Shown piece after piece: positions 18,506-27,485 of a stretch of 64,000 bases of DNA. Each line of letters opens with the position of its first letter. Position 1 is the stretch's first letter. The translations under genes were made by a program, and so were the position numbers. The notes below the pieces were generated by a model. The model ran no database searches. It had not been told where the DNA came from and saw only the letters and a program-made list of their open reading frames with translations. Source of the DNA: Vulcanimicrobiota bacterium (GTDB taxonomy: Bacteria > Vulcanimicrobiota > Vulcanimicrobiia > Vulcanimicrobiales > Vulcanimicrobiaceae); assembly GCA_963777315.1 (NCBI GenBank), contig CAVZQC010000004.1, forward strand, positions 704,001 through 768,000, read 5' to 3'.

Positions 18506-19431
18506 GAATCGCCGTCCTCGCTTCGCGCGCCGCGAAAATGGGCCGGCAGCGGCAACTCTTCGTCGAGCAGCAGATCGGGAAGCACCGCGTTCAAATCCCC
18601 CAGCAGCGGCAGCGTCGCGCGCGCCAGATCCACTTCACGCATATCGACCGTCGCTCGAATGACGTGCGCGCCCAGCGCAGGCGCCTGCACGAGCGTGCGG
18701 CCGTGCGGATCGACGACTCGCGAGCTTCCCGTCATTCCTTTGCCGCCCTCGAACCCGGCCAGTCCGGCATACAGCAGATAGACTCCGTGTTCGGTTGCCG
18801 TGGCGTGCAGAATCTCGCGCCAGCGCGCAATGCTTCCCAGTTCGTCGTCTTCTTCGATCCCCCGGCCGGGAGCGGCGCTGGGCACGAGCAATATCCGCGC
18901 GCCTTTGACGGCGGCAATCGTGGGCATGATGGCGTGCCATACGTCTTCGCAAATAAGCATCGCGGCTATCCCGAAGCGCGTGTGGAACACCTGCAGCCGG
19001 CGCCCGCGCGAAAGAAAGCGCTCTTCGTCGAAAACGCCGTACGTCGGAAGAAACATCTTGCGGTGCACGTGGCGGATTCGAACCGACGATCCGGCGATCT
19101 CCACGTACACCGCGCTGTTGTAATACGTGCCGCCGGCATTTTCATAAAAACCGCAGCACACGTCCACGCGCTTATCGCCGTTCGCGCTGCGCCACACGCC
19201 GGCGAGATCGTCTGCAAATTTTCGCGCGTCCACGGCGAGTTCGTACACCGCGCCTTCCAGGAAATATCCGGTGAGCGCGGCTTCGGGCAAAACGATCAGA
19301 TCCGCCGGCGAAGCGCCGGTGCCGATTTGCGCGAATATATCGCCCAATGCGTGCAGGTTGCGCTCGTACCGCCCCTTGTGCGGTTTGACTTGCACGATCG
19401 CCGCACGAAACTGGGCGGTATCGTGCGGCAA
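18502..19431 (-). CDS. Carbon-nitrogen hydrolase (nitrilase fold), probable glutaminase partner of NadE
   Basis: Catalytic triad motifs LPEAALTGY (Glu), HRKMFLPTYGVFDEERF (Lys), LICEDVW (Cys). ATGA overlap with nadE. Start codon approximate. Confidence 0.85.
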   Translation of the reverse strand: MPHDTAQFRAAIVQVKPHKGRYERNLHALGDIFAQIGTGASPADLIVLPEAALTGYFLEGAVYELAVDARKFADDLAGVWRSANGDKRVDVCCGFYENAGGTYYNSAVYVEIAGSSVRIRHVHRKMFLPTYGVFDEERFLSRGRRLQVFHTRFGIAAMLICEDVWHAIMPTIAAVKGARILLVPSAAPGRGIEEDDELGSIARWREILHATATEHGVYLLYAGLAGFEGGKGMTGSSRVVDPHGRTLVQAPALGAHVIRATVDMREVDLARATLPLLGDLNAVLPDLLLDEELPLPAHFRGARSEDGDS

Positions 19432-19432
19432 G

Positions 19433-20869
19433 TTATCCGGCGGTTCCACCAAGCGCGATTTCCGGCTCGATCTCCCCGGGGCCCGCCACTTGAATTTTGG
19501 CCGCGCACTCCTCGGCCGGATACGTCCAGATCTCCGCAAGCGTCGGATGCAGATGCGGAATGGCCATGAACTCCTTGACGGAGGCGCCGTAATGCAGGGC
19601 GACGATCATTTCGTGAATGAGGTCGGAACCGTGAGGACCCAGGATCGCCGCGCCCAAAATCTTTCCGTCGCCGGCAGCGGCCATGATCTTGACGAATCCC
19701 TTGGTTTTGTTCAAGCACTGGGCTTTACCGTGCTCGGCGAAGTCGTACGCGCCTTTCACGTACGCGACGCCCTGAGTTTGGAGCTCGCGTTCGGTCTTGC
19801 CCGCAACGGCGACCTGCGGATCGCTAAAGATCGTGTGCGTCTTCTGCAGCGAGTAGTCGGCTTTCTCGCTGCCGCCGGTAACGGCATTGCGCGCGGCTAT
19901 TTCTCCCTCGTAAATCGCCACGTGGACGAGCATATGCTTGCCGGCGACGTCGCCGATAGCGTAAAAATCCGGATTGCACGTTCGCAGAGTCTCGTCGGTC
20001 TCGATGCCCGTGATCGCATGGCATTTGACGTCGGCTCTGTCCAAGTCCAAGCCGTCGATGTTCGGAATGCGCCCTAGACAGTAGAGCAGCTCTTCAGCCT
20101 CAATCTGACCCTCGACGCCTTCCCGCACCACGTGTACGGCCTTTTTCGAACCATTCTTACTCACGCCGACGATCTGCGTCTGCGTGTGAACCGTGATGCC
20201 TTCTTCGCGAAAATACTGGGTGAGCGCATCGCCGATGTCGTGATCTTCCCCCGAAAGCAAATGGCGGCTTCGCAAAACCATCGACGTCTGCACGCCCATG
20301 CGGGCGAAAAACTGACCCAGTTCGCAGCCGATGTACCCGCCGCCGAGCACGACCAGCGATTTCGGCAGGCGCTGCAGCTCCAGCGCACCGTCGCTGTCGA
20401 TATAGCCCACGTCGCGCAGGCCGTGCACCGCGCTTGCCGGTGCAACGACGCTGCCCGTTGCGATGATGAATCGCTCTCCCTCCAGGATCAGGTCTTCGCC
20501 GACCTGCACCTCGTGCGGGGAGAGAAAACGCGCCGGACCCATGTACAGCGGGAACTCGTCGATGCCCTCGATCCGGTAGTCGGCAAAGTCTTTGATCAGT
20601 TCCCGCTTACGCCGCATGATGTGCGGGAAGTCGATCGAGATCGCGCCGGCATGTATGCCCAGCTCGGACGCGTCCCGCATGTCCTGCGCCGCGTCGCTGG
20701 AAGCAATGAGCGTTTTGCTGGGCATGCAGCCGCGCAAGATGCACAGCCCTCCCAGCGGTCCGTGATCGATCAGCGCGACGTCGGCGCCGAGATCTCGCGC
20801 CGTGCGGGCGGCGGCAAAACCGCCCGATCCTGCACCGACGACGATCAGGCGATGCTGCTTGCGCTGCAC
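19433..20869 (-). CDS. Pyridine nucleotide-disulfide oxidoreductase, dihydrolipoamide dehydrogenase-like
   Basis: GAGSGG, GGLCILRGCMPSK (redox Cys pair), GGGYIGCE, HPTLAE. Confidence 0.88.
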   Translation of the reverse strand: MQRKQHRLIVVGAGSGGFAAARTARDLGADVALIDHGPLGGLCILRGCMPSKTLIASSDAAQDMRDASELGIHAGAISIDFPHIMRRKRELIKDFADYRIEGIDEFPLYMGPARFLSPHEVQVGEDLILEGERFIIATGSVVAPASAVHGLRDVGYIDSDGALELQRLPKSLVVLGGGYIGCELGQFFARMGVQTSMVLRSRHLLSGEDHDIGDALTQYFREEGITVHTQTQIVGVSKNGSKKAVHVVREGVEGQIEAEELLYCLGRIPNIDGLDLDRADVKCHAITGIETDETLRTCNPDFYAIGDVAGKHMLVHVAIYEGEIAARNAVTGGSEKADYSLQKTHTIFSDPQVAVAGKTERELQTQGVAYVKGAYDFAEHGKAQCLNKTKGFVKIMAAAGDGKILGAAILGPHGSDLIHEMIVALHYGASVKEFMAIPHLHPTLAEIWTYPAEECAAKIQVAGPGEIEPEIALGGTAG

Positions 20870-21850
20870 TTACACGGCCGCCGGGCGCGCGCCCAGCCGA
20901 TGCACGGATTCGATGAAACGCACGGTGCCGTCCGAATGCATGACGATGGAGTGCGTGCGCGCATTGTTGCCGAAGAACCGCACGCCCCGCGTGAGATCGC
21001 CGTCGGTAATGCCGGTCGCGCAAAACACCAAATGCTCGCCTTTGACGAGATCGCCGATGGTCAGAATCCGATCCTCTTGCCCGAAGCCCATCGTTTGCGC
21101 GCGCTGCCGTTCGTCGTCATTGCGAAATTCCAGCCTGCCCATGAAGTTGCCGCCAAGGCATTTGAGCGCCGCAGCGGCGAGCACGCCTTCGGGCGCGCCG
21201 CCCGTTCCCATCGCTACGTGTATGCCCGTACCGTCTACGGCCGTCGCGATGCAGGCATCGACGTCGCCGTCCGAGATGAGTTTGATGCGTGCCCCCGCAT
21301 GGCGGACCTCATCTATCAGATCGGCGTGACGCGGCCGGTCGAGAATCACGACCGTGACGTCGTTGATCGGTTTTTCCAACGCGTTGGCAACGGCTTCCAG
21401 ATTTTCACTGACGGGCGCATCGATGTGAACGTACGGTGCTGCTTTGGCGCCGACCGCCAGTTTTTTCATGTACGTATCCGGAGCGTTGAGCAGTCCGCCG
21501 CGTTCGGCAATGGCCATGACGGCGATCGAGTTGGGCAGTCCGTTTGCGACCAAGTTCGTCCCTTCCACGGGATCGACCGCGATATCCACTTCGAATCCGC
21601 CGCTCCCGAGCTGTTCGCCGATGTAGAGCATGGGCGCTTCGTCGCGTTCGCCTTCACCGATGACGATGCGCGCGGAAATAGCCATGGCGCCCAGCGTTTC
21701 ACGCATCCGCTCGACTGCGGCGTTGTCGGCGACGTCGCGCTCGCCGCGGCCCATCCACCGCGATGCCGCAAGCGCCGCACTCTCGGTCACTTTCACGAAA
21801 TCCAGCGTGTATACCGGGCTGGTCGCCGTGCGCGCAATCATGGTCGCCAT
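20870..21850 (-). CDS. glpX: Class II fructose-1,6-bisphosphatase
   Basis: VIGEGERDEAPMLYIGE, DIAVDPVEGT, APDTYMKK, LDRPRH, GGAPEGVLAA. Confidence 0.95.
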   Translation of the reverse strand: MATMIARTATSPVYTLDFVKVTESAALAASRWMGRGERDVADNAAVERMRETLGAMAISARIVIGEGERDEAPMLYIGEQLGSGGFEVDIAVDPVEGTNLVANGLPNSIAVMAIAERGGLLNAPDTYMKKLAVGAKAAPYVHIDAPVSENLEAVANALEKPINDVTVVILDRPRHADLIDEVRHAGARIKLISDGDVDACIATAVDGTGIHVAMGTGGAPEGVLAAAALKCLGGNFMGRLEFRNDDERQRAQTMGFGQEDRILTIGDLVKGEHLVFCATGITDGDLTRGVRFFGNNARTHSIVMHSDGTVRFIESVHRLGARPAAV

Positions 21851-21901
21851 GCCGGTTTGGCTACAAGGGAAGCGGGGCGATTCCTTTAACACCAATTCCT
21901 C

Positions 21902-23425
21902 GTGTCAGCCCACGTCGAACGTTCCCGTATCGCGCGCGGACAGCTCGCCGTTTCCGAGCATTTACTACGCGCCGGTTGGGGACCGCTGCTCACGGTGGTC
22001 GCCGCCGGGTTAACGCTCGGCTTCTTTGCATGGTACGGTTTGATCGCGCCGGCGCGCCATCCGGCGTTGGTTCAAATCGCGCTGCTCATTGCGCTAGCCG
22101 TCGGACCCGCGGTCGCGATCGCGATCTGGCTGCGCTACAGCGCGTATTTTTCCGCGCGCACGAACGTTGCCTATCAGCGATCGCTGCAGTTCGACGCGTT
22201 TTCCTGGCTGCCGTTCGTCCTGCTGTGGCTCGCGTTCGCTCTGCCGGTTTCGATTACCCACGGCGGCGCGCGCTTGTTCCTGTACTGCTTTGCGCTGTTT
22301 TGTTTGACGAAACTCGCCCTGGCCGTGCGCTTCAACACCACGGTGCGCGACGTCACCGTGGATTTCGTCGTGACGCGGTTTGCGATCATCGTCATCGCCG
22401 AGCTGGCAGCGGTGATCATCGGACAGCGCTCGGGCGTGCACGTGCAGGAATCCCGCAACCTGCTGCTGGCCGTCTGGGGACGCTGGGACGCGGTCCACTA
22501 CATCGACATCGCCACGCTGGGCTACCACGGCACCGACATGGCGTTCTTCCCGCTCTACCCGCTGCTCATCGCCGGACTGGGGTTTTTGATCGGCAACCAT
22601 TTGGTGGCCGGCCTGGTGATTTCGAACGTGGCGCTGTTCTTCGGCTTGCTGTATCTGTATAAACTGCTCGAGCACGAGTTCGACCGCGACGTGGCGCGCC
22701 GGGCAATGTTTTACTGTTCGATTTTTCCGACCTCGCTGTACTTCTCGGCCGTCTACACCGAGGCGCTTTTTCTCATGCTCACGGTGGCGTCGTTCTACTA
22801 CATGCGCGAACGCCGCTGGTGGCTGGCGGGCGTCATCGGCGTGTTTGCCGCGACGACGCGGGTCGAAGGGATCCTCCTGATCGTGCCGTTTTCCATCGAG
22901 TGGTTCAGCGCGCATCGCGCCGGCGGCCGCGCGGCGTGGCGCGATTTTCCCGCTATCGCGCTCATTCCGCTAGGGCTGCTGCTGTATATGGGATACTTGT
23001 GGGTGCTCGGCGGCGATCCGCTGTACTTCTCGCACGTGCAGGTGCATTGGGACCGGCATCTGGCCGCACCTTGGACGTCGGTGATCAACGCGTTTCACAA
23101 GATCGCGCATTCCCCGTTGCCGCAAACGGTCGCCAATCAAACGCTCGAGCTCGTGTTTACCGCGCTGATGATCGGCGTGTTGGTCGCGGGCTGGCGGCGC
23201 CTGAAGCCTTCCTATATCGCTTACATGGCGTTGTCGATATTGGTGCCTCTGTGTACCTCGAGCTTGATGAGCATGCCGCGTTTCGCCCTGGTGCTTTTTC
23301 CGATGTTCGCCATACTCGCCCTTTGGGGAAGACGCCCGTCGGTCAACAATGCGATTCTGGCGTTTTCGCTTCCGCTTCTCGGGCTGTTTACGGTGCTGTT
23401 TGCCGACTGGTATTGGGTTGCCTAA
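21902..23425 (+). CDS. GT-C membrane glycosyltransferase, PIG-V/mannosyltransferase family
   Basis: WGRWDAVHYIDIATLGY, AFFPLYP, FSAVYTEALF, SMPRF; multiple transmembrane segments. Confidence 0.85.
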   Translation: MSAHVERSRIARGQLAVSEHLLRAGWGPLLTVVAAGLTLGFFAWYGLIAPARHPALVQIALLIALAVGPAVAIAIWLRYSAYFSARTNVAYQRSLQFDAFSWLPFVLLWLAFALPVSITHGGARLFLYCFALFCLTKLALAVRFNTTVRDVTVDFVVTRFAIIVIAELAAVIIGQRSGVHVQESRNLLLAVWGRWDAVHYIDIATLGYHGTDMAFFPLYPLLIAGLGFLIGNHLVAGLVISNVALFFGLLYLYKLLEHEFDRDVARRAMFYCSIFPTSLYFSAVYTEALFLMLTVASFYYMRERRWWLAGVIGVFAATTRVEGILLIVPFSIEWFSAHRAGGRAAWRDFPAIALIPLGLLLYMGYLWVLGGDPLYFSHVQVHWDRHLAAPWTSVINAFHKIAHSPLPQTVANQTLELVFTALMIGVLVAGWRRLKPSYIAYMALSILVPLCTSSLMSMPRFALVLFPMFAILALWGRRPSVNNAILAFSLPLLGLFTVLFADWYWVA

Positions 23426-23819
23426 CATCATCGGGCGCCGCGGGGTCCGGCAGTTCGTCAAATTCGGCACGGTCGGATCGACCGGCCTGGTCATCAATTT
23501 CGTCATCGCGCACGCGCTGCAGAAATCGACGACCATTCCCAACGCGGCGGATTTTGCCATCGGCTTCATGGCCGGCGGTATTTCCAACTGGTATCTCAAC
23601 CGCGTTTGGACGTTCCGGTCAGGGGCGCATCCGGTACTCGAGAGCGCCCAGTTCCTGACCGTTTCGGCAATTTCGCTGGGTTTCGGCGAGGTGGTATGGT
23701 GGATTGCCGGCCCGTTCGGACACGCGCATTTTTCGACGACGTGGCTCATCGCCACGCTGGTCGGCACCTTTACCAATTTTTTCATCAATAAATATTGGAC
23801 GTTCAAACACGTCTTGTAG
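23418..23819 (+). CDS. GtrA family flippase-like protein
   Basis: RQFVKFGTVG, NWYLNRVWTF, NFFINKYWTF; four transmembrane segments. Confidence 0.88.
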   Translation: MPNIIGRRGVRQFVKFGTVGSTGLVINFVIAHALQKSTTIPNAADFAIGFMAGGISNWYLNRVWTFRSGAHPVLESAQFLTVSAISLGFGEVVWWIAGPFGHAHFSTTWLIATLVGTFTNFFINKYWTFKHVL

Positions 23820-25417
23820 CCCTCGCGCGGGGACGGCAAGGCCTTTGGCGCCTGGCTTTAGGCGCGATTCTGCTGCTCGCGCTGGCGCTGCGACTGCAGG
23901 GGCTGCACAATCCGATTCTCGATCATCCCGGCTGGCGGCAAGGCGATACCGCCTCGATCGCGCGCAACTTCGCAACGCTGCAATACGACATCTTCTTCCC
24001 GCAGACCGACTACAACGGTCCGCCGCCGAATTACGTCGAACTCGAACTGCAGATCGTTCCGATCGTTGCAGCCACCGTGTACAAAGCCGTCGGCGTGCAC
24101 GAGGTCATCGGGCGGCTGACCAGCATCGCGTTCAGCCTGGCGACCGTTGCAGCGCTCGCGCTATTCGGGCGCTGGCTGTTCGCGAGCGAGCTTGCCGGCG
24201 CATTGGCGGCGCTGCTTTTCGCGATGATGCCGGGGAGCTTCTACTACGGGCGCACCTTCACGCCCGACACCGCCATGGTGTTTTTCCTGAGCGCAGCGCT
24301 GTACGCCATCGCGCGCATGCTGGTGGACGACGAAACGTGGACGCCGCGGCAGCTCGCCGGCGCCACGGCGCTGCTGGCACTCGCGTTTTTGGCCAAGCCC
24401 GTTTCGCTCGTCGCGCTCGTACCGATCGGCGCACTGATCGCGCAACGCGCTCTTTCGGCTAGAACGCTGCGATGGCCGCCCATTGCGCTGATGCTTGCGT
24501 TGCCGTTGGGTTTGCTGTACGGATACGATGCGGTCGTCGCATCGCACGCGGAATGGCACTGGGCATCCGGCATTGCCAAACTGCACGTGCTTCCTTCACT
24601 GCTGACTTCGCTGCACGGCGGCCGGGCGCTGCACGGCAAACTCCTTGCATTGCGACAAGTGCTCGGCATGCTCGGGCATACGATGATCGGTCCGGCGATA
24701 AGCGCGCTCGGCATCCTCGGATTCGTTCTGCCGCCGCACGTCGTGCGCACGCGCACGCTGCTGTGGTCGTGGCTCGCCGGCGGGCTGATGTACACGTACG
24801 TCGTCGTAACGGTCGAGCGCGTCGATTACTACATGTATCTTCTACTGCCCCTCGCTGCGCTCGCCGGCGCAGGTTTCCTCGCGCGGGTGTGCCATGCCGT
24901 TCGAGCGAGCGGCATCCGCACGCCGCTCAAACTCGCTGCTGCAGCGGCAGCTTTGGCCGCATTGGCTGCCGTCACTTGGCAAAATGCACGGATCGTCAAA
25001 CCGTATTACCGCTACGGCAAAGACGTCTACCGCAACGCCGTCCGATTGGATGAAACCCTTGCGCCCGGCGCGCTGGTCGTCATGGGACACTACGATCCGT
25101 CGATACTGTACTACATCGGGCGGTATGGCTGGGAAGAGGACCCGTATCTGTGGACGCCGTTCGACGAGCAAAGCGCAATCCGTAAAGGCGCCCGCTATTT
25201 CATCAACGTCGAGAAGAACCGCTTCAACCGCAACTTGGAGCTGTGCGCGTGGATGCAGCGCTTTCCCGTCATCGACGCCCGGGCGCAGTGGCCCGTGTAC
25301 CTGACCGACCCGTTGAAGATCAAACCGGGCGCCGAGCAGCAGTGGCGGCTTTTCCGAAGAGCCGAGAAACGAGGCGGCGGCCGCCGTTGGCTGGACGCAC
25401 GCGGGCTGTGCCGCTGA
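23795..25417 (+). CDS. GT-C glycosyltransferase, ArnT/PMT_2 (family 39-like)
   Basis: WRQGDTASIARNF, YYGRTFTPD, LAFLAKP; many transmembrane segments plus a periplasmic C-terminal domain. Start codon approximate. Confidence 0.82.
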   Translation: MDVQTRLVALARGRQGLWRLALGAILLLALALRLQGLHNPILDHPGWRQGDTASIARNFATLQYDIFFPQTDYNGPPPNYVELELQIVPIVAATVYKAVGVHEVIGRLTSIAFSLATVAALALFGRWLFASELAGALAALLFAMMPGSFYYGRTFTPDTAMVFFLSAALYAIARMLVDDETWTPRQLAGATALLALAFLAKPVSLVALVPIGALIAQRALSARTLRWPPIALMLALPLGLLYGYDAVVASHAEWHWASGIAKLHVLPSLLTSLHGGRALHGKLLALRQVLGMLGHTMIGPAISALGILGFVLPPHVVRTRTLLWSWLAGGLMYTYVVVTVERVDYYMYLLLPLAALAGAGFLARVCHAVRASGIRTPLKLAAAAAALAALAAVTWQNARIVKPYYRYGKDVYRNAVRLDETLAPGALVVMGHYDPSILYYIGRYGWEEDPYLWTPFDEQSAIRKGARYFINVEKNRFNRNLELCAWMQRFPVIDARAQWPVYLTDPLKIKPGAEQQWRLFRRAEKRGGGRRWLDARGLCR

Positions 25418-25485
25418 GGCAAATGGGCCGCGCTCAGGTCCTACGGCCGTTTGCCGACATGTAATGAGAGTTTAACAACGCTGAC

Positions 25486-26784
25486 GTGACTTCACGCGCA
25501 CTGGTCCCCCTATCGCAATCATCGAGCTTGCCGGCTACGCGCAGCGCCGTGCAGGGTTCCGTTTGCGTGCGCGCCGCACGCCGGGGCCTGGTTACGGCAG
25601 AGATGCACGTCGAAGTGGAAAACCACTCCGAAACGCCGATGATGTGCGCTTTTTCCAGCGTTCGCGGCGGCCGGGAAACCCCGTTCGGCCCGCAGTACGT
25701 GTGGATCGATCCGCTCACCACCGGCGTCATTCCGCTGCGCGTACCGTGGAAAGCCGGAGCGCTGGCCGTGCGTCTGCGCGGCGCGAACGCCGATTACCGC
25801 GCTCAGGCAGACGTTCCCCGCCCGCACATCTTCAGAATCGCGGGAGGTCTGGCAATTGCGGCCGTCATCGCGCTCGCGGTTGTCGCGCTGCTTCGCCCGG
25901 GCATTCGTTCGCTCTCCGTTCCGGACCGGGTGCTGGCCGGCGACATGGTTCACGCAACCTTTGCACTTCGCGGCGCCGGGCGCGCGCAATACGTGGTCAG
26001 CGATGGCCGATCGATCGTCGCGCGCGGCACGCTGTCCGATGCGTCCGGCTCGTTCTCGTTTCCGACTTCGGCAGGCGCGGCCACGTATACCGTCGCGCTG
26101 CTGATGCACGGAATGGCCGGAACTGCACAGGCACGCGCCAGCGTGCGCGCGCAGGCCCTTCCGCAGCCGCTCATGCCCGCCTCGATCGGAAGTTTGGCCG
26201 TAACGCCGGCAGTGGCGGTCTCCGGAAAACCGTTCCAGGCGCGTTATGCGTCCAACGCCCAAGCCGGCATGGTCAAACTGTTCGACGATTCGGGCGTGGA
26301 GTGGGACGTGCAGCCCTATCGTGCAGGCGGCGTGACGGCGTTCGTCGCGCCTCACGTCGACCGTCCAAGGCATTTCGCGATTCATTTGCAAGTGCGTCGC
26401 GGCGCTTTTTACGCCGACGCGACGACCGGCCTTGTCGTCGTGCCCGCTACGCCGTCGCCTTCACCTTCACCGCGTCCCGCGGATCTGGCCATCGCACCAC
26501 CGCCGAACGAGGCTTCGATCGCATTGACGCCTCGATATATCGTTTCGGGTTCGTCGTTCAGCGTTCGGCCGCAATCCGCTCGAGCCGGCACGCTCACCGG
26601 CATGGTGACGCTGCAGGACGACAAAGGCGCATCGATCGCGTCGACGCCTGCAAACGGTTCGAAAACCGTAGCGTTTTCCGCGCCCGTCGTCACGCGGACG
26701 ACGCGCTACTTCATCGTAGCAACGGTCGAACGTGCCAAGACGAGCCAGCTGGTCGTCACGCCGCTCGACGTGCACGCTCAATAA
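25486..26784 (+). CDS. Hypothetical single-pass membrane protein with predicted beta-sandwich extracytoplasmic repeats
   Basis: 432-aa ORF with one hydrophobic segment (IAGGLAIAAVIALAVVALL), followed by beta-rich modules separated by Pro-rich linkers. Confidence 0.65.
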   Translation: MTSRALVPLSQSSSLPATRSAVQGSVCVRAARRGLVTAEMHVEVENHSETPMMCAFSSVRGGRETPFGPQYVWIDPLTTGVIPLRVPWKAGALAVRLRGANADYRAQADVPRPHIFRIAGGLAIAAVIALAVVALLRPGIRSLSVPDRVLAGDMVHATFALRGAGRAQYVVSDGRSIVARGTLSDASGSFSFPTSAGAATYTVALLMHGMAGTAQARASVRAQALPQPLMPASIGSLAVTPAVAVSGKPFQARYASNAQAGMVKLFDDSGVEWDVQPYRAGGVTAFVAPHVDRPRHFAIHLQVRRGAFYADATTGLVVVPATPSPSPSPRPADLAIAPPPNEASIALTPRYIVSGSSFSVRPQSARAGTLTGMVTLQDDKGASIASTPANGSKTVAFSAPVVTRTTRYFIVATVERAKTSQLVVTPLDVHAQ

Positions 26785-26795
26785 AGCAGCGCCGT

Positions 26796-27485
26796 CTAAC
26801 AACTCGGGCTGAGCGGCAGCGGCGTCGTGGGGATTGCGCCCATAATCGGCATGGTCCACGCGCCGCCTTGCGGAGCTTGTTCGCCCACGAGCGACCCTGA
26901 AACTCCGGCCTGCAAGTCGGGATAGCAGCGGAAAATCGTCGCGATGTCGGGCGTGTTCACGAAATTTTGATTTGCGCCCAGCATGCTGAATGGACCGGTG
27001 GCGCCCTGAATATAGAGCGGAATCGCCTTGGTCGCTCCAATGGTCGCCGCGCTGTGGATGAGCAGAAGCGGAGTAGTAAGCGCACCGCCTCGTATTGCGG
27101 CCGTTCCGGCAACGCAGGTGCCGTTCGACGTCGAGCCGTCCGGCCACCAAAACGGCGCCGCTTTGGGACCCGGAAACGCTCCGTTCGCATTGTCGTTCAT
27201 CAGTCCATCGGTGGCCGGCGTTGCGCAGGCGCTCGGCGAAGGCTGCGCGAGCGCTCCGACGTTGTTGTAGACCGCGTACACGCTGTATTGCGTGTACGGA
27301 CTGCTCTCGTTCGAAATAAGTCCGCTGTACCGCACGGCGATTTGCGCGCGTTCGTTGAGAACGCTCACTTGAACGATCCAAATAATTCCGAACAGCACCA
27401 GCAGAAACAAGGGTAGAAACACGACCGATTCGATGAGCGCCTGACCGCGTTCGCCGTGGCGCGCAGTCGCCCGGGCTAGTTGCAC
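26796..27485 (-). CDS. TadE-like pseudopilin
   Basis: HGERG|QALIESVVFLPLFLLVLFGII prepilin motif with Glu+5. Confidence 0.85.
   Translation of the reverse strand: MQLARATARHGERGQALIESVVFLPLFLLVLFGIIWIVQVSVLNERAQIAVRYSGLISNESSPYTQYSVYAVYNNVGALAQPSPSACATPATDGLMNDNANGAFPGPKAAPFWWPDGSTSNGTCVAGTAAIRGGALTTPLLLIHSAATIGATKAIPLYIQGATGPFSMLGANQNFVNTPDIATIFRCYPDLQAGVSGSLVGEQAPQGGAWTMPIMGAIPTTPLPLSPSC

Noticed and set aside
19433..20869. Mercuric reductase MerA
   Set aside because: No N-terminal HMA domain, no C-terminal Cys-Cys pair and no mer genes; it has the HPTLAE motif of Lpd-like enzymes.
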